From IMG/VR virus record IMGVR_UViG_3300025536_000011: a stretch of 64,000 nt of DNA; one strand, given 5' to 3'. This DNA is from a virus. Below, in pieces: positions 9,764 through 19,228 of this stretch. Position 1 is the first letter of the stretch. Each line of letters opens with the position of its first letter. The notes under the pieces are model-generated. The model was not told the DNA's origin. It was given only the letters and a program-made list of their open reading frames with translations, and did no database searches. A program made the translations under genes and the position numbers.

Positions 9764-10829
9764 AAATTGTCTCTAGTTGTTGTGTTACGTTAAGTGCATA
9801 TGAATTATGCAGCCATTTATTATAGGACTTGATGCCCAAGTCCCCTCTAAGGGGTTTATTATTAATTAACTCTTCCAAACATGAGGCGTATGCTACATGA
9901 TCGTCTATTGGTACTACTATACCACATCCGGCCAGTATTTCAAGGTGCCCGTTGTATATCCTACTCTTATGAGAGACAACAGGTAAACAATGAGCCATAG
10001 CCTCTAATATATTAGTTGGACACACTTCCCCGTCATGTCGGCAATGAGCTAGTATGTTTATTGAACTATAAAATCTAGATAGTTCCATATCCTCAACAAT
10101 CTTATCTAAAAAAATAACATGCTTTAAATTTAACTCGGCAGTAACTCTTCGCCATTGGTCACACGGGTTGACCACTAAATAATAAACATTTGGATACTTA
10201 TTTTCAATGACCCGAAAAGCCTTTAGGCTTATCGGGTCAAAGTTATCTGGTCTGCCAACTCTGCCTAATAATATTGCATTTTCAGGTAAATTATACTCCC
10301 TTAAAAAGGGAGTGCGATCATAAGATGACCAAAGGCGTGGCTCTACCGGATTCCACAATACTGGACCATCTGGACCTCCATACGCCATAGACTTATTCTT
10401 AATATAATTGCAGATATAAATGCGGCAATCGACTTTATAACTATGGTCCACATGGCCAAAAATACAATGTTCTACAACTTTAATTCCTGGTGGGATAACC
10501 CCTTGGATGAGCGGCCATTCACGAATCCCCGCTCTATGAATATGTATGATGTCTGGCTTTATTTTTTCGAGCGTAGCTTGAAAGTTATCTTCTTCTGGCC
10601 AATAAGGTGACGGAGGGTTTATCTGATGCTTATGGTGATATTCAATTAGATGCTCCGCGTCCAAGAATTTGGATATCTCACTTAATCGAGATTTATCTCC
10701 AGAATCCTGATAAAGATAAAATGGCTCATATCTTTGACTTTTACCCAGATACTTGCAAAACGTTTGAGCGACTTTTTCCGTACCAGCATACCCTGCTGTT
10801 TTTGCTAGATGTAACACCCTAACCTTCAT
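9744..10829 (-). CDS. Glycosyltransferase family 4 (GT-B)
   Basis: RVLHL..AGTEK, PDIIHIH, GRVGR and GEVCPTNILEAMAHCLPVV (EX7E). Confidence 0.9.
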   Translation of the reverse strand: MKVRVLHLAKTAGYAGTEKVAQTFCKYLGKSQRYEPFYLYQDSGDKSRLSEISKFLDAEHLIEYHHKHQINPPSPYWPEEDNFQATLEKIKPDIIHIHRAGIREWPLIQGVIPPGIKVVEHCIFGHVDHSYKVDCRIYICNYIKNKSMAYGGPDGPVLWNPVEPRLWSSYDRTPFLREYNLPENAILLGRVGRPDNFDPISLKAFRVIENKYPNVYYLVVNPCDQWRRVTAELNLKHVIFLDKIVEDMELSRFYSSINILAHCRHDGEVCPTNILEAMAHCLPVVSHKSRIYNGHLEILAGCGIVVPIDDHVAYASCLEELINNKPLRGDLGIKSYNKWLHNSYALNVTQQLETIYDGLGI

Positions 10830-11943
10830 AGAATAATCTACTTTCTTCAAAAGAAGCTGCTGGCCCTATATATTTAAATCCAACAGTATCTCTATTAAGT
10901 TTTTGTAACCAGGCACCGTTTTGATTACTCCCACTAAGTAACTTAGATGTTTCACTAAATTTAGTAGATTTGGCTCCAATCTCTGCCCAAAGGTCATTAT
11001 GTTTCCTATTGTAGGAGATCACGGCAGGATGAGCTATTCTACGATAAAATAGCCCATTTCTTGCCTTGATAAGACTCCCCATATAATCTGCTAATTTACC
11101 GCCAAAGCCAAGCCCCTGATAATCTGGCAACACAACCATCCTAGTGGCTCGCCATGCATTTTTTAATTTCGGATGTGGCAAAGCGAGTATGGCTATAAAA
11201 CCTACCGGAACATCATTCCAAGTACACATGAAACACCTGGCCGCTTTATTTAAAGTCTCACTTAAATAGTGATGCGATTTAAAATATTCCCACGCTGCAT
11301 ACTTACAACGAAAGATTTCAAGATCCAGTTTGGGTCTACAAAGACTCCCCCTTGGATAATATGTCTCTCCACTAACAGGATTATAAATCCAGTCCGGCTC
11401 TAACCATTCTAAGATATCATTGTGACATGACGCCACAATAACTTTTTTGTTCTGTTTACGTATATACTTCGCAAGTGCATATGATGCAGACTTAGCTACG
11501 TTTCTATCCACCACAGAAGTAAATTCGTCTATTAAAATAGGATCATTATTTTGCATTACTACACGAGCTAGGTCCGCTCTAAACTGTTCGCCATTACTTA
11601 AGTAAGTATATGGTCTGAGCCATGCGGGGACTGTTGATAATCCTACTGCACTTAATAATGCGAAAACTTCTTGTGGAGCGATAGGAGAAAAATTAGATAC
11701 TATTGCCTCGTTGTTCCAAGACGGCTTAATAATTTTGCCGAAGGTTTTTAATAGCGTTGTTTTACCAGTACCAGAAGACCCGTAAATAACTCCAACATTC
11801 CACGCTGATGTTGGCAATTGAATATTATTTTTAATTGTAGTAACAGATTCATCTTGCTTCGCGAGATCGTAAAACTTAGATACTGCCTCGGTATAAGTGT
11901 CGTGTCTAATAGGATGTTTTAATATAATATTATCCACTAGCAA
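10819..11943 (-). CDS. ABC-type ATPase fused to a GNAT acyltransferase
   Basis: Walker A GSSGTGKTT, signature LSNGEQFR, Walker B ILIDEF and H-loop VASCH. C-terminal acetyl-CoA motif RMVVLPDYQGLGFG. Confidence 0.85.
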   Translation of the reverse strand: MLVDNIILKHPIRHDTYTEAVSKFYDLAKQDESVTTIKNNIQLPTSAWNVGVIYGSSGTGKTTLLKTFGKIIKPSWNNEAIVSNFSPIAPQEVFALLSAVGLSTVPAWLRPYTYLSNGEQFRADLARVVMQNNDPILIDEFTSVVDRNVAKSASYALAKYIRKQNKKVIVASCHNDILEWLEPDWIYNPVSGETYYPRGSLCRPKLDLEIFRCKYAAWEYFKSHHYLSETLNKAARCFMCTWNDVPVGFIAILALPHPKLKNAWRATRMVVLPDYQGLGFGGKLADYMGSLIKARNGLFYRRIAHPAVISYNRKHNDLWAEIGAKSTKFSETSKLLSGSNQNGAWLQKLNRDTVGFKYIGPAASFEESRLFYEG

Positions 11944-12748
11944 GCTCCATATAAATACGTTCTAATTTATCCCACTTTCTATGTAGTCCATGAGGAATAA
12001 TGGTTTTTAATATCTTGTATATATTCATCACCCTATTACTATTAATCCTATATTCAAAGCAATTTTCGTCACCATATTTTCTAACGCTAGATACCGAACA
12101 GTTAGAAGAAGGAACTATGGTATCAAAAATAAACTTAATCCAATTTAAAGTAGATTCAGTACCAGTAATAGCTAAAACAATATCTTTATTATTACAATAA
12201 ACACATCCATCGCCGTCAATGTAACCCTTAATAAAAGACAATTCCTGATCTCTCGTTAGTTGGTTAGGATGAGTAAAATTAAGTGATTTACATGGCGTAA
12301 TATTAAAATTATCTTTTAAATCTTTGACCCATTGTTGTACCCCATAAAATATAATTCTATATTGTTTTTGGTTAGTCTGAAACCCTGGTTTAGTTTTGCG
12401 AAGTTCTATTTTACCATCATAATTAACAGCCTGTGCAAATTGCTCTAATAGATATTTGTCTTTCTCTTGCAATCCTATTTCAACAGCATCGCCACGCTTC
12501 CAAATACAACCATCTGCCGCTAACAGACCTGCCCAATAACAATTGTTAATATTTGGTATGTGAAAATAATCTATATTAGTATGATATTTTCTTATAGAGA
12601 TTTTATTTAAATTTAAAAATCTTCCACGACATTGTATAGAGCCTATAGATCTACCTAATTGAACAGATAGTTGTTTATTGGAATATGATGGGTAATTTGT
12701 TAATAAAAACTGATCTTCTTCCTGGGTCCAAAATTTATAGATATTCAT
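11930..12748 (-). mobile_element. Free-standing LAGLIDADG homing endonuclease gene with N-terminal Myb/HTH-like repeat
   Basis: YWAGLLAADGCI and FIKGYIDGDGCV motifs, with N-terminal WTQEEDQFL. Confidence 0.85.
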
Positions 12749-13818
12749 TTTCCTATTAATGTAAGATATATCGCTTCTAATTTTCTGACGCTAACAGGCG
12801 TATGACAATTATTTAGCACTTTATTATATCCCATATTTCCCATTTTATTTCTTAATTCTTTATCATTAGCAAGTTTAATAATAGCGTCGGCATAATTTCG
12901 TGAATTATGATCTACCACAAAGCCATTAATATTATCATTCACAGCCTCTATCTGTGCTTGAAACACGCCCATTCCAGGATAACTAGGAACAGCTATATGC
13001 GTGATTACCGGCTTTCTATGTATAAACGCTTCATGAATTGTATTCCCTCCGGTCTCACCATCTGCTCTGGCGTGACAATAAATATCCACCGTATTATAAA
13101 ACTTACTTAATATAAACGGATCTACCGTTGGCTCGATTGCTTTGTAAGCAATATTATATTTTTCAAGATCCTCAATCATTCGTGGCGGTGGGGCCACTAC
13201 TAAATAAAATAGATTAACGCCCATGCTCTTAGCTATATATGCGGCCTTGACTGCTATATCGTCATAAATCCCATCGTCAGCACGGCCGCATCTGCCCAAA
13301 ACAATAGTACCTTCTGACACTCCTAAATCCAGTTTCTCGGCTGAGTATGGCCTATCTACTGGATTATTTAAATAATCCCAACGGTCTGGCCGCATGAATT
13401 TAAATTGTGGGTATTTAGCCAATGTATCGTTCATTAGCCACTGACTCATGAAAAGTGATTTAGTAACTAATGGATTTTGGTCTAATTGTCCGAAAACATT
13501 CACTTCACAGAACACTTTTGGGTGAATGTCCTGTCCGGGCACAGGGAACTCATGGAATCCGCTCCTATAAACCTGAACTATATCTGGGTTTATCTCATTG
13601 AGCTTAGCTGCGGCTTCCTCTTTTGAAGCGACCATAAACATCTTAGTGCCGAAGGCACTTAAAAATTCCATGTAACGAGGGTCTGTCTTTTTACCTAGTG
13701 TAACAAAAGTAACATCAAATTTTGACTTATCAATTCCTCTAAAACATAAAAGTGCAGACTTCTCTGTTCCGCCAAGTCCCATATTACTAAGATATAGGCA
13801 AACTTTTATTTTGTCCAC
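12745..13818 (-). CDS. Glycosyltransferase family 4, paralog of 9744..10829
   Basis: GLGGTEK, GRCGR and GETGGNTIHEAFIHRKPVI (EX7E). Confidence 0.9.
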   Translation of the reverse strand: MDKIKVCLYLSNMGLGGTEKSALLCFRGIDKSKFDVTFVTLGKKTDPRYMEFLSAFGTKMFMVASKEEAAAKLNEINPDIVQVYRSGFHEFPVPGQDIHPKVFCEVNVFGQLDQNPLVTKSLFMSQWLMNDTLAKYPQFKFMRPDRWDYLNNPVDRPYSAEKLDLGVSEGTIVLGRCGRADDGIYDDIAVKAAYIAKSMGVNLFYLVVAPPPRMIEDLEKYNIAYKAIEPTVDPFILSKFYNTVDIYCHARADGETGGNTIHEAFIHRKPVITHIAVPSYPGMGVFQAQIEAVNDNINGFVVDHNSRNYADAIIKLANDKELRNKMGNMGYNKVLNNCHTPVSVRKLEAIYLTLIGK

Positions 13819-14633
13819 GCTTCGCCTTTCTTCCGTTTAGCTATCCATTCCTCCTTTGGAGGCAAATTATTAAAATCTTTAAACTCTGGAAATTCACTAG
13901 GAAGTGAGTTAGGAAAGAATTCTGCTATCGAAGATAATGCCTCGAATGTATTTTTCTGTGGGCTTCTATTCTCAATAGAATCGACCCTCTGCATATAAAT
14001 AGTCAATATTTCAGGAATAGTATATCCTTTAGCACCAATATTTAAGAAGTATAACCAAGCCCAATAATCCCAAGCTGATTGATGTTCCAATGCACGCTTC
14101 CACATCAGATCCCAATCTAAAACAGCTTTAAATTCTAAACTATTGCTCCAACAAACTTGTGGTCCAGCAGTACACTCATATTTAAATCGCTCATAATTAA
14201 AAGGTGGCTTCAATGCCTGATGCATAAGATTGCCATTTTTATCAACAACTTGCCAGCCAGCATAACAAAACCAATATGGAGCATCTGATCGCAAGCTAAG
14301 GGTTTGCATAGTATTATAAAACACTTCTGTAAATCTTGGAAAATGGCTATCGTCTACATTACTATTAACTATATATTCGCCTTCTGCTATTTTCCATCCA
14401 TTTAACCACGCTGATCCATAACTACCATAATCTGGAGTAGTTAGTAGTCGCACGCGGCTATCCTTTTTTACCCACTTGTCAGCCACGTCACCGTCGTAAG
14501 AAGGCGACGTGGGATTAATTACTATTATCTCGAAATTTGGATCTGTCTGATTATATAATAAATCAGGAATGTGCTTGTCAAGAAATGATGGCGTATTATA
14601 AGTTGATACTAAGTATGATATTTTAGGACACAT
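13806..14633 (-). CDS. Glycosyltransferase family 2
   Basis: KISYLVSTYN, NFEIIVI, GEYIVNSNVDD and AWDY. Confidence 0.88.
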   Translation of the reverse strand: MCPKISYLVSTYNTPSFLDKHIPDLLYNQTDPNFEIIVINPTSPSYDGDVADKWVKKDSRVRLLTTPDYGSYGSAWLNGWKIAEGEYIVNSNVDDSHFPRFTEVFYNTMQTLSLRSDAPYWFCYAGWQVVDKNGNLMHQALKPPFNYERFKYECTAGPQVCWSNSLEFKAVLDWDLMWKRALEHQSAWDYWAWLYFLNIGAKGYTIPEILTIYMQRVDSIENRSPQKNTFEALSSIAEFFPNSLPSEFPEFKDFNNLPPKEEWIAKRKKGEAWTK

Positions 14634-15222
14634 ATAATTTATGCTCCGCAATATATTTAGCTACCGGATCTGGCAAATATCCATAATCACCTTCACGAAT
14701 TTTAGTGCTACGTGCAGGAGGCGTCACTATGTCGGTATTAACTCTATACTTAAGTTGCCGTAGGCAATCATTCTCCTCAAGCGGGATTCCTTCCCTAATA
14801 ACTATATCGAACATAAAAGAGCATTGTTCACCAAACATCCATGCTCCCTCTCGGGTGCATTCGTTCATAACGTCTGAGCTAATTCTATAAGTAAATTGCT
14901 TTTGTGGTTTAAGAGATTTTAAAAGCTGATCCTTCTCGGCACATGTTTTTGCGGCAGTCACCAGGACCGGCTTATTACATAGCTCCCACATTTTAATTCT
15001 ATGATAAACATCCATCGGGTCCAATGGCCCCTTAAAATAATGATTGATACAAATCTCTGGGAGTGCATCTTTTGCCATTAAAAGATGTGCTCTGTGGGGA
15101 GGATTAAATGAGCCAGGATAAATTACATCGAAATATCCAAGATGACTCTTAATATCTACTATCTTGTCGCCATAAAAGATCATCGGGCCATACTCGTTAA
15201 TGATATTAAGTAAGATGCTCAT
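14623..15222 (-). CDS. HxGH-family nucleotidyltransferase, NadD-like
   Basis: YPGSFNPPHRAH, RSTKIRE and C-terminal LPDPVAKYIAEHKLY. Confidence 0.75.
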   Translation of the reverse strand: MSILLNIINEYGPMIFYGDKIVDIKSHLGYFDVIYPGSFNPPHRAHLLMAKDALPEICINHYFKGPLDPMDVYHRIKMWELCNKPVLVTAAKTCAEKDQLLKSLKPQKQFTYRISSDVMNECTREGAWMFGEQCSFMFDIVIREGIPLEENDCLRQLKYRVNTDIVTPPARSTKIREGDYGYLPDPVAKYIAEHKLYVS

Positions 15223-16151
15223 TACGATAACCCGACCTCTTGAAATATAGCTGTCAACCTATGCTTCCATAGGTGCTCTTTTTGCACCCTTTGATATCCA
15301 GCCTCGGCAATCGCGTTGCGTTCATCGTCATGCTCCAAATAATATTTAATCTTTGTAAGCATCTCTGGCATACTATTAACAATAACAATTTCCTTATTTG
15401 GAACAAAATATTCCTCTAAATTATCAGCCGAAGTACAAAGTTGAAATCCTCCGGCTGCCAGTATATCTACGTGCCGCCCCTTAATTTGGGGCAAGCCACC
15501 TTGAGACGGATTTGAAAAATTCAAGTTAATTTTTGATAGATGGAACACTTTAATCATATCGTCGGACTCTAAAAGTTCGCACTTACTATCTGGATAGCCT
15601 TCCCAGAATTCTCCAAATAAATGTACCTTAATACCGGCTTGAATGAGCATGGAAACGATTGTCCCGCGTATACCATGTCTCTGCCCAAGAAAGCTCGTAT
15701 CAAATGGTTGATAGCCCGTCTCTGCTTTATAGTATAATGGAGAACCAGCCCACTGAGACTTGATAACATTCATGCCATTAGACTTATACCAGGGAATTGT
15801 ACTGTTGTGAGTAGTCACAAAATGAGATACCCGATGCTTACGCGGCAAGATCCAGTCTTGGAACCGAAAAGACGCATCACAATCAAACTGAATAACTGGT
15901 ATGTCATTAGCCAAAGCTTTTAGTGCTTCTGCTTCTGGTAGATCATAATTCCCATTAAAAGCTACATGAAAAATTGCGTCATATCCTCCCTGCGGAAAGG
16001 ACTCGTTATTGTCGGGATGCCAATACATAGCGTCGAATAAACCTTCGGCTTGACATTGTTTAAAGCCGGCCTCTATATGACGATATTCATACGAAGTGCC
16101 TTTTTCTTGCATCCCATAGTGCCACATTAATCCCGCGTATAGGACTCGCAT
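15222..16151 (-). CDS. Glycosyltransferase, CgeB/Glyco_trans_1_2 family
   Basis: SKINLNF, QIKGRHVDILAAGGF and IAEAGYQRVQKEHLWKHR. Confidence 0.88.
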   Translation of the reverse strand: MRVLYAGLMWHYGMQEKGTSYEYRHIEAGFKQCQAEGLFDAMYWHPDNNESFPQGGYDAIFHVAFNGNYDLPEAEALKALANDIPVIQFDCDASFRFQDWILPRKHRVSHFVTTHNSTIPWYKSNGMNVIKSQWAGSPLYYKAETGYQPFDTSFLGQRHGIRGTIVSMLIQAGIKVHLFGEFWEGYPDSKCELLESDDMIKVFHLSKINLNFSNPSQGGLPQIKGRHVDILAAGGFQLCTSADNLEEYFVPNKEIVIVNSMPEMLTKIKYYLEHDDERNAIAEAGYQRVQKEHLWKHRLTAIFQEVGLS

Positions 16152-16606
16152 AGTGCAAACGCTTTCTCTGCCATTTCTTTGCAGTCAAATGCCCAATCAA
16201 TGCCGCCGATTTCATCGGCGGCAATCCACTTATAATCTACTGCATCGTCGCCCAATTTTACTTCTGATGGTGACCAGTCTTTAAACTCTTCATGCATATT
16301 ATATGGCGAAAAATATAGAATACTAATTGCTCTATCGCCTTCGGCTCTGTCCGGCCGATCAAAAATGCCCACTAATTTAAAACCGCAATAACCCGGATTA
16401 TATTGATATCCTACTTCCTCATAAACTTCCCTACAAGCACATTCAATACATGTCTCGTTTGGATCTAAATTACCGCCCGGAAATGCCCATTTACCAGCTT
16501 CGAGACCGGGGCCTCTTTTAATTATTAAGAGCTTACCCTGATGTTCAATAGCCATATCACAGGTTACTTTATAGCGAGGATATTTATATATATACATGTT
16601 ATTCAT
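16127..16606 (-). CDS. Nudix hydrolase
   Basis: Nudix box WAFPGG...ETCIECACREVYEEVG and GDDA. Confidence 0.9.
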   Translation of the reverse strand: MNNMYIYKYPRYKVTCDMAIEHQGKLLIIKRGPGLEAGKWAFPGGNLDPNETCIECACREVYEEVGYQYNPGYCGFKLVGIFDRPDRAEGDRAISILYFSPYNMHEEFKDWSPSEVKLGDDAVDYKWIAADEIGGIDWAFDCKEMAEKAFALCESYTRD

Positions 16607-16928
16607 ACTTTGGACATAATATACTACTCAAAGCTTCGTAATCACACTTTCTCAAAATTGCCCTAACTTTAAAAGCGTTATAAAGTCTCTTAATCGGATT
16701 AAACAACCAAGGCTTTTTTGTTCTAAAGACAGCACGGTTGGTAGCGTTTTGAAGTGAAATATAAAATACATCAGGATAATGAGCAACGCCGCTCTCCGTT
16801 GGCTTCATAATAATTTCTAATATATCATGACGAAACAACACAATTCTTAATACGTCAGTTAATTCAATAGTCTTAAGATCGCTATCTCTCTTACGACTGA
16901 TATCATATGTTACAATGTTAGTTTTCAT
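16599..16928 (-). CDS. Hypothetical protein
   Basis: Coupled ORF (TAATG overlap at 16928). Confidence 0.55.
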   Translation of the reverse strand: MKTNIVTYDISRKRDSDLKTIELTDVLRIVLFRHDILEIIMKPTESGVAHYPDVFYISLQNATNRAVFRTKKPWLFNPIKRLYNAFKVRAILRKCDYEALSSILCPKYE

Positions 16929-17191
16929 TAGTTATTCCTAACTCTCAATCTTGTATTTTCGTCTTGTAATGCCTTCAATACTGCCACCACTTCTACTAAT
17001 TTATCAGTTGATATTTTACATAACCCTTTATATCCATTAATTGCTACCTCATAAAATTTAATAACCTCCACTAATAGTAGTATATGGTCATTTGCAGTAG
17101 CAAGTGCTTCTTCTAGTTTTTGAATTTCTTTATCTTTAGATTTATTGAACATTATTATCCTGTAATTCCCTGACCCGTTGTTGTAAGCCAT
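16928..17191 (-). CDS. Small coiled-coil hypothetical protein
   Basis: Heptad-rich. The start may be ATG 17152. Confidence 0.5.
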   Translation of the reverse strand: MAYNNGSGNYRIIMFNKSKDKEIQKLEEALATANDHILLLVEVIKFYEVAINGYKGLCKISTDKLVEVVAVLKALQDENTRLRVRNN

Positions 17192-17426
17192 TAATTTTTG
17201 CTCTTAATCCTATATTTTCCTCACATAAACCTGGATAATATTTAGAGTTTTGAGAAGTATATTGCTGTTTTAGAGTGATATATTGTTTTTCTAGCTCTAT
17301 AACCCTTTCTTGGTAGTCAGCTAATGCAATAGAAAATTCCATGTTCTTAATAAACCTATCTTCCCACGCTCTATTTAGAGCCAACAACATATCATAATCC
17401 CTAATTGCTCTAATCCATTTCAGCAT
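17142..17426 (-). CDS. Small coiled-coil hypothetical protein
   Basis: Heptad-rich ORF abutting the upstream GT2 gene. Confidence 0.5.
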   Translation of the reverse strand: MLKWIRAIRDYDMLLALNRAWEDRFIKNMEFSIALADYQERVIELEKQYITLKQQYTSQNSKYYPGLCEENIGLRAKINGLQQRVRELQDNNVQ

Positions 17427-17427
17427 C

Positions 17428-18453
17428 TTAGACCTCTAACCTATTATGATAGAAACCAATATAAGGTTGACTCCTACCAGTTTGACAGAGCCAGATGTTC
17501 CCAACGGCTTCGCCATTAATGGCCTTAGAATAGAATTCATCAGTAGACCAAAGTGGATATAACTTCTGAGCATTTCTGTTATTAATAAGAGTCTGTTCAA
17601 ACATAGGATGCTCTTTTATAATGTCTGGATGTTCTCCGTCAAAGACAAGTAATGGCTCTGTGCCATCAAACCAATCTTTAATCTTCTGATCAAACTTCTT
17701 ACTTGCGTCTCCGTGAGCCGCAAGTTCTTTCTCATAATACTCTTGTTTCTGACGCATCACTTCATCCATATTGTTACGAGCATATCCGTAATGGTAGATA
17801 TATACCGGCTTCGTCGGTACGAATCTTCTATGTTGATAATGTGGAGAAAAATAAGTACAATGACCATGAGCGTCGGTCACAACCGGATGGGAGTGATATT
17901 TCATTCCTCTTTGAAGTTTAAATATCCGTTGATGCTGTGTATTCCACTCTGGCCCTGGCACTGCTATATGTGCGAAGTCCCTATAAAAATGTAGGAATGT
18001 TGGGATTAGCTCGGTCATATGCGGCTGTAAATCGAATGCCTGACGAATTCTACGAATATCGTCAGGCATATAGAATTCATCTGCATCATTAATTAAGATA
18101 ATCGAGCCCTCTGGAGCGAGATCAAGAAATGTTTGCTTAATCTCCTCAAGATTGTTCCATGGCCGCTTAATCTGTAAAAATAAGACTTTTTTATCAGGGT
18201 CATGATTATCGCGAAAATCCTTAATAATATCTACGGTCTTGTCAATACTGTGCCCATCTTCTGTTGAATTGGGACGATTCTTAACTGCTCCCTCAATAAC
18301 TATAATTTGATCAATTTCATTATAGATCGAGCGGAGCGTTAAGCCTATAAATTCCTCTTCTCCGCACGCCTGGATACACTGGACCAGCTTTACCGGATTA
18401 TTAATTCTTTCAATAATACTATGACTTTGTGGAACATATGGTATATTAGACAT
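17428..18453 (-). CDS. Glycosyltransferase family 2
   Basis: EEEFIGLTLRS, IIVIEG, SIDKT, NDADEFY and IYHYGY. Confidence 0.88.
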   Translation of the reverse strand: MSNIPYVPQSHSIIERINNPVKLVQCIQACGEEEFIGLTLRSIYNEIDQIIVIEGAVKNRPNSTEDGHSIDKTVDIIKDFRDNHDPDKKVLFLQIKRPWNNLEEIKQTFLDLAPEGSIILINDADEFYMPDDIRRIRQAFDLQPHMTELIPTFLHFYRDFAHIAVPGPEWNTQHQRIFKLQRGMKYHSHPVVTDAHGHCTYFSPHYQHRRFVPTKPVYIYHYGYARNNMDEVMRQKQEYYEKELAAHGDASKKFDQKIKDWFDGTEPLLVFDGEHPDIIKEHPMFEQTLINNRNAQKLYPLWSTDEFYSKAINGEAVGNIWLCQTGRSQPYIGFYHNRLEV

Positions 18454-19228
18454 ATTTGCTCCATTTTCTATTTAATCCAATATTAATGATTGGCTCAAGA
18501 TGCTGATATATAGCCGTAGCATTAGAGCCCATTATAGAAAATTGATAACATTGATTATTTTTACGTTTAAAAATTTTATTTATTAATTTTTGGCCAATAT
18601 ATTGCGATAAAGTATTTTTAATCCATCTTAAAACTTGTCTCGTCCCTATGAATCCTATTGTTAAATAGGAATATTTATTTTGAATCTTTGCTATAGAAAT
18701 CCATCCATCACCATCAATATAACCTTTAATAAAGGCTAGAGCGAAATTTCCATTTAGTGGTGGCGGCTTTAATATTAAAGTTTTATTAGTTATAATATTA
18801 AAATTGTTTTTTAGATCATGACAAATTTGTTTTGAATATATCCTTAAGATAGCCATCCCATAATTATCAAACTTAATAGGACCATTAAACTCAATTAATC
18901 GAGCAAACAACTTTAGATGTTGCAAATCTTTTGTAGATAATAAAATTTGTAAACAATTTCTATTTTTAATAATACATCCATCCGCAGCTATAAAACCAGC
19001 CCAATAAGAGTTTTCTAAATTAGGGACATTAAAATAATTATCATTACATGAATATTGTCTTTTACCCTGGCCTTTTAACGCAGAATACAGTCCTAATATT
19101 CTAGCTCTAGTACGTTTTGCCTGATAAGATCTCCCTGGTATATCTATATCAGGAAGTGGAATTTGGCCATAATTTTCCTTAAGTATCATTATTTCCTGGT
19201 CTGTCCATCTATTAATATTAGATCCCAT
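18446..19228 (-). mobile_element. Free-standing LAGLIDADG homing endonuclease gene, paralog of 11930..12748
   Basis: YWAGFIAADGCI and FIKGYIDGDGWI, N-terminal WTDQEIMIL, C-terminal GLNRKWSK. Confidence 0.85.

Noticed and set aside
11930-19228. Group I introns around the LAGLIDADG genes
   Set aside because: Both ORFs overlap their neighbours, leaving no non-coding flanks, and the neighbouring genes look complete.
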